Positions 58,657 to 64,000 of a stretch of DNA of 64,000 bases are shown here, in pieces. Under the pieces are notes generated by a model. The model ran no database searches, had not been told where the DNA came from, and worked only from the letters and a program-made list of their open reading frames with translations. Numbering within the stretch: position 1 is the first letter of the stretch; every line of letters starts with the position of its first letter. Origin of the DNA: Nitrospirales bacterium (GTDB taxonomy: Bacteria; Nitrospirota; Nitrospiria; Nitrospirales; UBA8639); contig CBDCWC010000002.1 of NCBI GenBank assembly GCA_965223295.1, positions 1,440,001 through 1,504,000 on the forward strand, written 5' to 3'. Made by a program: the position numbers and the translations under genes.

Positions 58657-59982
58657 TTACACTTCATAAATTTTTTCGGGATCAAAAATGCTCTGGTCAC
58701 ATGCAATGCCCAATGCTTTAAAACGTTCGACAAACTTGGGGCGAACTCCCGTCGCTCGAAAAATCCCGTGCACTCTTCGTTCTTCATCAAGTCCTGTTTG
58801 CTGGAATGTGAAAATTTCTTGTATCGTAATGGTCTCACCTTCCATTCCAACAATTTCCGATAAGCTGGTCGTTTTTCGTGATCCATCAGATAACCGGGTT
58901 TGCTGTAACACCACATCAATGGCTGAACTAATATAATGACGTAGCGCTTTCGTGGCTAAATTTAAACCCGCCATCGCGACCAAGGTTTCCACACGAGTCA
59001 AGCAATCGCGCGGGGTATTCGCATGGATAGTCGTAAGCGATCCATCATGACCTGTATTCATGGCTTGAAGCATGTCCAAACATTCACCACTCCGAACCTC
59101 ACCCATGACAATCCGGTCTGGTCTCATACGCAAACAGTTTTTGACGAGCTCTCTTTGCGACACTTCCCCTTTTCCTTCGACATTGGGAGGTCGGGTCTCT
59201 AAACGAACCACATGAGGCTGTCGTAGCTGTAATTCAGCTGAATCCTCGATGGTGACAATCCGTTCATCCTCAGGGATAAATCCTGATAAGATGTTTAAAA
59301 TAGTGGTTTTCCCACAACCGGTACCACCAGAAATGATCACATTAAGCCGAGCTTCAACAATTCCGCGAAGTAATTCTGCAATTTCAGGTGTCAAGGAGCG
59401 TTTATCAATAAGGTCTTGAATAACCAGTTTATCTTTAGAAAATTTTCGAATCGAAATGGATGACCCATCAAGCGCCAATGGCGGAATAATCGCGTTCACA
59501 CGAGATCCATCCAATAACCGCGCATCGCACATGGGGGCTGATTCATCAATTCTTCGACCAACTGCCGAAACAATTTTCTCAATAATCTTTCGAAGATGGC
59601 TTTCATCACGAAATGTCACGTCCGTCAATTGAAGCTTTCCAGCCCGTTCGACATACACTTGGTCGCATCGATTCACCAAAATATCGTTGACGGTATCATC
59701 CTGAACCAAGGGTTCCAAAGGACCAAGCCCCATCACTTCATGTTGAATATCAGAAATGAGGCTTTCGCGTTCCTTCATACTGAGAGGAACAGATTCCGCT
59801 TCCAACATTTCCTGGACAAGCTTGGTCAACTCCATCTTTAGGAGATTTTCATCTAGAGTGGCCACGATCGAGAGATCGAGGGTATCAATAACCTGTCGAT
59901 GTAACCGTTCTTTTAGCGGGCTCAGATCTAGGGCCGAACTTCCGGCAGAGACCCCGACGTCATCCCATTTTGATTCATACAT
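58657..59982 (-). CDS. cpaF: Tad pilus assembly ATPase CpaF/TadA
   Basis: [52 protein letters not shown]. Confidence 0.96.
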   Translation of the reverse strand: MYESKWDDVGVSAGSSALDLSPLKERLHRQVIDTLDLSIVATLDENLLKMELTKLVQEMLEAESVPLSMKERESLISDIQHEVMGLGPLEPLVQDDTVNDILVNRCDQVYVERAGKLQLTDVTFRDESHLRKIIEKIVSAVGRRIDESAPMCDARLLDGSRVNAIIPPLALDGSSISIRKFSKDKLVIQDLIDKRSLTPEIAELLRGIVEARLNVIISGGTGCGKTTILNILSGFIPEDERIVTIEDSAELQLRQPHVVRLETRPPNVEGKGEVSQRELVKNCLRMRPDRIVMGEVRSGECLDMLQAMNTGHDGSLTTIHANTPRDCLTRVETLVAMAGLNLATKALRHYISSAIDVVLQQTRLSDGSRKTTSLSEIVGMEGETITIQEIFTFQQTGLDEERRVHGIFRATGVRPKFVERFKALGIACDQSIFDPEKIYEV

Positions 59983-60018
59983 AACGTAAATAACCTCAAC
60001 GTGCTGATTTTAAAAGTT

Positions 60019-61275
60019 TTAAGCTTGAGAAGTTGATGCTTGCGCTTTCCTAGATTTAAATGGGTTCAACCAACTCGACAACGATCCCTTTGCCGCAGTC
60101 TGTCCTCCGGCTTCGGTGTGAGATTGGGCAAAATCCCTGAAGGATTTGGCCACAGATGTACGGGCTGCCACATCAATAATCGGCTTGCCACTGTTGACAG
60201 ATCGGCTAACGGATGGATAATCGTTTGGAAGCAGCCAATAACTTTTTTGTTTGAGAATGTCTTCAGTTTCTTTCAATACATCCTCCTCAGGTGACAAATA
60301 CCGATTCACGACCATTCGAATCTTGCTCTGAGGAAAACCAGAGCCTTTTAAGAGATCTAAAATTCTTTTGGTGCGATGGACGACCGGAACCATTAATGTG
60401 GAAGTGACATATATCCAGTCACAAAGTTCCAAGGCTTTTTTGGTTGTTAAATCAAGGACATGCCCACAATCAATCACGACAAAATCAAAACTGGCCAGGA
60501 GAAGTTTCAACGTCGCCTCCACACAATCAGGACCTAACCGACCTGTGCTCAGATCATCATAGCCCGAGGGAAGAACCTGCATTCCGGTTTCAGTCTTGGT
60601 CAAGACTCGAACCAAAAACGCCTGGTCTAACCGCGACAAATCGGAAGCAATATCACGAAAGCTATGAGTGGGTTGCAAGTCAAGATACAATGGCAAATCT
60701 CCACCATGTTGATTTACATCAACCAAGACCACAGAAGGCTTACTCGGCGATTGCAAAAGAGCAGCTGCAAAGTTCACGGCAATACTGGTAGTCCCAACAC
60801 CGCCTTTGCCTCCAAAAAATCCAAGAACCTTCCCTTCTTTCTTTTTTTCTACACTTCGGCTCGATTGGGAAGCCGAACGTTCAAGGAAACGACCGATGGC
60901 CTCTTCCACTTCTTGTGCCTGAATCGGCTGGGACAAGAACTCCTTGGCTCCAGCACGCATCCCTTCTAGTAACACCGATGATTCCAGCATCGAAGCGGTA
61001 AAGAAAATTTCCAGTCCCTTAGTGATTTTCGTCATCTCACGCATGACGGAGAATGTTTCTTCAGGTTTTTCGTCAAGCTCCATGACTACTAACGCAGGAA
61101 CCTCCGAACTTTTAGATTCTTTTATCCGAACCCCATCAATGCCACCGATAATTTTTTCTAATGAAGATCTACATTCCGGGTTCTTAACAGAGATTTCAAC
61201 TACCGCATCATTGGAAGGACCTTCGGTTGATGCTCCCCCCCCTGCACGTTTGGGCTTCCAGGCTTTATCCGTCAT
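60019..61275 (-). CDS. cpaE: CpaE/TadZ (degenerate receiver + MinD/ParA-like ATPase)
   Basis: MRAGAKEFL; GGKGGVGTTSIAVN; VVIDCG; LPNDY..V..SVN.GKP. Confidence 0.88.
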   Translation of the reverse strand: MTDKAWKPKRAGGGASTEGPSNDAVVEISVKNPECRSSLEKIIGGIDGVRIKESKSSEVPALVVMELDEKPEETFSVMREMTKITKGLEIFFTASMLESSVLLEGMRAGAKEFLSQPIQAQEVEEAIGRFLERSASQSSRSVEKKKEGKVLGFFGGKGGVGTTSIAVNFAAALLQSPSKPSVVLVDVNQHGGDLPLYLDLQPTHSFRDIASDLSRLDQAFLVRVLTKTETGMQVLPSGYDDLSTGRLGPDCVEATLKLLLASFDFVVIDCGHVLDLTTKKALELCDWIYVTSTLMVPVVHRTKRILDLLKGSGFPQSKIRMVVNRYLSPEEDVLKETEDILKQKSYWLLPNDYPSVSRSVNSGKPIIDVAARTSVAKSFRDFAQSHTEAGGQTAAKGSLSSWLNPFKSRKAQASTSQA

Positions 61276-61706
61276 TTTTTTGCACCTCCCCCACCTTTGG
61301 GCGACCTCGCTCCGCTACCACTAGAACCCCCTCCACGCGTCAATTTCAAATCAGAAAATGGCGGGTTTTCAAACATCAACTGGTAACGGGTCATGCTAAA
61401 TTGAATGGCTTTGGGATCCGCTGCCCCAGGAATGGGATCTAAATTTTTGGCTGAACTCGGATTCATAATTTGTCCTTCAAGCGCTTGCCGGTAAGCTAAT
61501 CCATATTCTTCGCTCAGATGAACAGGACGGGCAGCCCACGGCGAGATGACTTGATCACTTTTCCCCATCGCAAAAGGACGGCGGCCATTTTCCTCCGTCA
61601 TGACAGGCCAGACCCCACAACCAGCCAGCCCTATCCATACAAGACTGAGCAACCCGACAACTCTGATATTGACTTGCGCATGCATGACTTTCTCCTTTTT
61701 CAGCAA
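61272..61706 (-). CDS. Small Tad-associated lipoprotein
   Basis: Lipobox LAGC; YG.AY...QIMNP; lies between secretin and cpaE. Confidence 0.65.
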   Translation of the reverse strand: MLKKEKVMHAQVNIRVVGLLSLVWIGLAGCGVWPVMTEENGRRPFAMGKSDQVISPWAARPVHLSEEYGLAYRQALEGQIMNPSSAKNLDPIPGAADPKAIQFSMTRYQLMFENPPFSDLKLTRGGGSSGSGARSPKGGGGAKK

Positions 61707-61713
61707 TAAACTG

Positions 61714-63273
61714 TTAGGGCGCTAAATGACCAAAGGTTCCGTCCATTCCGCCTCTGTTATACGGCATCCTCTTGGTAACCTTTGGCTGGGTGACCGTGTA
61801 GGCTTCATCAGGTCTAGGAACCTGCTCCTCAGGATAGGCCCCTTCCATATATCCCATCATCATGAATTCAAAATCATTCGGCTCCAAATAATGATCAGTT
61901 GGCAAGGTTTGCTTCACCACATTGAGCGGTTTCACCAAATGCGGCGTGACAATGACAATCAACTCAGTCTCATTTTTCTGAAAAGACGTACTACGAAAGA
62001 GCGCACCTAATACAGGGATATCTCCTAGCAAGGGATATTTGGCAATCGTCTCTCTCACGTTATCTTGAAGAAGCCCGGCAATCGCAAAACTTTGCCCATC
62101 GCCCAACTCGACCACGGTCTTCACACGGCGAGTCGTGAGCGAAGGAATTTGAAATCCGCTGATAGAAATTCCATTAGCGAAATCTAATTCCGACACTTCG
62201 GGATTCACAACAACTGAGATGCGCCCATCTGATAACACGGTCGGAGTAAATTTTAAGCCCACACCAAATTCTTTAAATTTTACCGTCACCTGACTAAATT
62301 GTTGTGGAATCGGAATAGGAAATTCTCCACCAGCCAGAAATTCTGCAGCCTGCCCACTCTCTGCAATCAGAGTGGGTTCCGCTAACGTTTTAGAAAGCCC
62401 ATGCTCCTTCAGAGCATCCAGAAAGACCGTCCACAAGTCATTCCCAATCCCAAACCCAAAGACTCCAGTTGTTTGTAACCCCGGGAAAAGATTATAGAGA
62501 TTCGTCAAGCCTCGAAGAGGAGATGTAGGATCTTCAGGATGTCCAATGGCAGCAAACTCATCATCGAATCCCACCAGATTGTTGAGGGTTCCAACGCTAT
62601 AATCCCGATGGCCTTGTTGCTGTCTCTGGTAATTAAATCCCAGGCGCTTCGTCAACCCGCGTTGCATCTCGGCAATCTTGACTTCCATCATGACCTGTTG
62701 CACACCACCAACTTGAAGCAAGTTAACGACTTTTTCAGGAGCATAAGGCTCGGAGAGCGCCAAGACTTTATTTAACGAGGCCATATTACTCACATTTCCC
62801 GTCAACGTAATGTGGTCATGGCTACTCAAGACTTGAATTCCCTGTTCAGAGGGCAGCAGCATATGCAGCTGTTCTTTAAGACGATTGACATCAGGCGCGA
62901 TCTGAATATCGAAGACATTCGAGACTTTTCCATCTCTTCCCCATAAGGTCAGCGTTGTAGTGCCGATATCCTTGCCGGTCAAATAGAGTTGCTTGGGTGA
63001 CAGGACAATTTGATCAGCCACATCAGGATTGGCCATCGATGCTCGTTTAAATGGAGAACCTGTCTCAATGATTTTCGATTCACCCACCGTCAACCGTAAC
63101 TCTTTGGGTTCGTTGACTTGTGCCGCTTGATAGGTCAAACCCTCCGCAAATCCTTCAGGAGAGCCCATCCCCAAGGACATGCCGACGACCCCGACAATTG
63201 GGAACATGAAATGAAAAATCTTATTCATAACCATACCTTTCATAGCTAACCTCGCGACGCCAATATGTCTCAT
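61714..63273 (-). CDS. cpaC: Tad secretin CpaC/RcpA
   Basis: GTTTLTLW, BON-like domain, QQVMMEVKIAE, LAEPTL...SGQ.A.FLAGGEFPIP, P.LGDIPVLGALFRS..FQKNETELIVIVTP. Confidence 0.95.
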   Translation of the reverse strand: MRHIGVARLAMKGMVMNKIFHFMFPIVGVVGMSLGMGSPEGFAEGLTYQAAQVNEPKELRLTVGESKIIETGSPFKRASMANPDVADQIVLSPKQLYLTGKDIGTTTLTLWGRDGKVSNVFDIQIAPDVNRLKEQLHMLLPSEQGIQVLSSHDHITLTGNVSNMASLNKVLALSEPYAPEKVVNLLQVGGVQQVMMEVKIAEMQRGLTKRLGFNYQRQQQGHRDYSVGTLNNLVGFDDEFAAIGHPEDPTSPLRGLTNLYNLFPGLQTTGVFGFGIGNDLWTVFLDALKEHGLSKTLAEPTLIAESGQAAEFLAGGEFPIPIPQQFSQVTVKFKEFGVGLKFTPTVLSDGRISVVVNPEVSELDFANGISISGFQIPSLTTRRVKTVVELGDGQSFAIAGLLQDNVRETIAKYPLLGDIPVLGALFRSTSFQKNETELIVIVTPHLVKPLNVVKQTLPTDHYLEPNDFEFMMMGYMEGAYPEEQVPRPDEAYTVTQPKVTKRMPYNRGGMDGTFGHLAP

Positions 63274-63282
63274 GTTGTCTAC

Positions 63283-63999
63283 CTAAAACTTGAGAGTCGA
63301 CTTTTTTGTGCCATTAATGACTTCCACACCATTTGATGCCTTTCGTTTTTTTCGCGGAGGTCGCAACTGATAAGAGGCCATCAAATCTTTAAAATTTGCG
63401 CCCTTGGTTTTCTTAACTTCAGGATTCAAGGGACTACGAAGTGCAAGCCGTAATTTTCCTCCGTTTTCGGCCATTGCCAGTTTTTCTGCTTCCTCGAGCG
63501 ACACTTCCAAAGTAATGACTTTGACGGGTTTGGGACCTTCTTCATCGTTCGCGGCCCGCTCCATTTGAGTATCGGTCGCCAACACTAGGGTATTTTCAAG
63601 AACCACTTTGGTCACCATATTTTTATTGCCTTTACCTTTGGCTAATGGATCATCAAATGTGGCCATCACATCCACCCGATCTCCCGGCTGCACAAAACCA
63701 GGAAGCCCCACGATTTCATTTACTTTGACCGCCATCGCCCGTTTATTGGGATCCATGACCGCTGATACACCGCCGGTTTTCAAGTCAATCGGTGCAAGCT
63801 TTGATTCAAGAATAGCTTCATTCTTTTTCAAATTCGTGAGAATAACTCTTCCAGTTAAGGATTCGGGTTTCACAAAATGCCCCACAGGTAAAGAATCTTC
63901 TGGAAAGGTGACCATCTTAAAAGATTCTTTTGCCAACTGCGTGCCCCAGGGAAGATCATTGTTAGCAACGGCTAACGTCACCCCTTCCACGACAACCTC
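63283..63999 (-). CDS. cpaB: Flp pilus assembly protein CpaB/RcpC (5' end beyond window)
   Basis: SAF domain; KRAMAVKV..G..GFVQPGDRVDV; VITLEV..EEAEKL; LRLALR; frame open to the edge. Confidence 0.92.
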   Translation of the reverse strand, partial: EVVVEGVTLAVANNDLPWGTQLAKESFKMVTFPEDSLPVGHFVKPESLTGRVILTNLKKNEAILESKLAPIDLKTGGVSAVMDPNKRAMAVKVNEIVGLPGFVQPGDRVDVMATFDDPLAKGKGNKNMVTKVVLENTLVLATDTQMERAANDEEGPKPVKVITLEVSLEEAEKLAMAENGGKLRLALRSPLNPEVKKTKGANFKDLMASYQLRPPRKKRKASNGVEVINGTKKSTLKF

Positions 64000-64000
64000 G

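Noticed and set aside
1-64000. CRISPR array, tRNA, rRNA, prophage or anti-phage defence genes
   Set aside because: No regularly spaced repeat-spacer array, cloverleaf, rRNA signature or recognisable phage/defence protein was seen by eye

Overview
Bacterial chromosomal window, roughly 50% GC by eye with AT-richer stretches in the polysaccharide locus. Gene content and repeat style suggest Nitrospirota (inference only). Main blocks: (1) 1-8.8 kb, a + strand light/oxidative-stress gene run: c-type heme protein tail, cupredoxin-like protein, TIGR01777, exported Tpx-like peroxiredoxin, DUF4149, PDZ, photolyase, DUF523-DUF1722 desulfidase, B12-binding CarH/LitR-like regulator, CbiX, VOC and thioredoxin, followed by a B12-dependent radical SAM gene and a glutathione peroxidase; (2) 12.7-40.4 kb, a Wzx/Wzy-type exopolysaccharide locus with an unusually rich set of modifying enzymes (two sulfotransferases, NTase/NMP-kinase fusion, APH-fold kinase, radical SAM/SPASM, polyprenyl-phosphoribose synthase + HAD + GT-C), interrupted by an IS3 element and MITEs; (3) tadG-tadE-tadE with a 118-bp IS200/IS605 mini-element and an IS6 remnant; (4) aguB-aguA with a palindrome-flanked DUF559 nuclease fused in frame to AguA; (5) HD-GYP and PAS hybrid kinase genes; (6) the core tad/cpa pilus operon running off the right edge. 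The most unusual signals are a four-copy MITE family that differs by nested ~33-34 nt hairpin inserts (two copies with target-site duplications, two supplying stop codons to host genes), the DUF559/BoxC-like repeat cassette, and the heavily decorated polysaccharide pathway.
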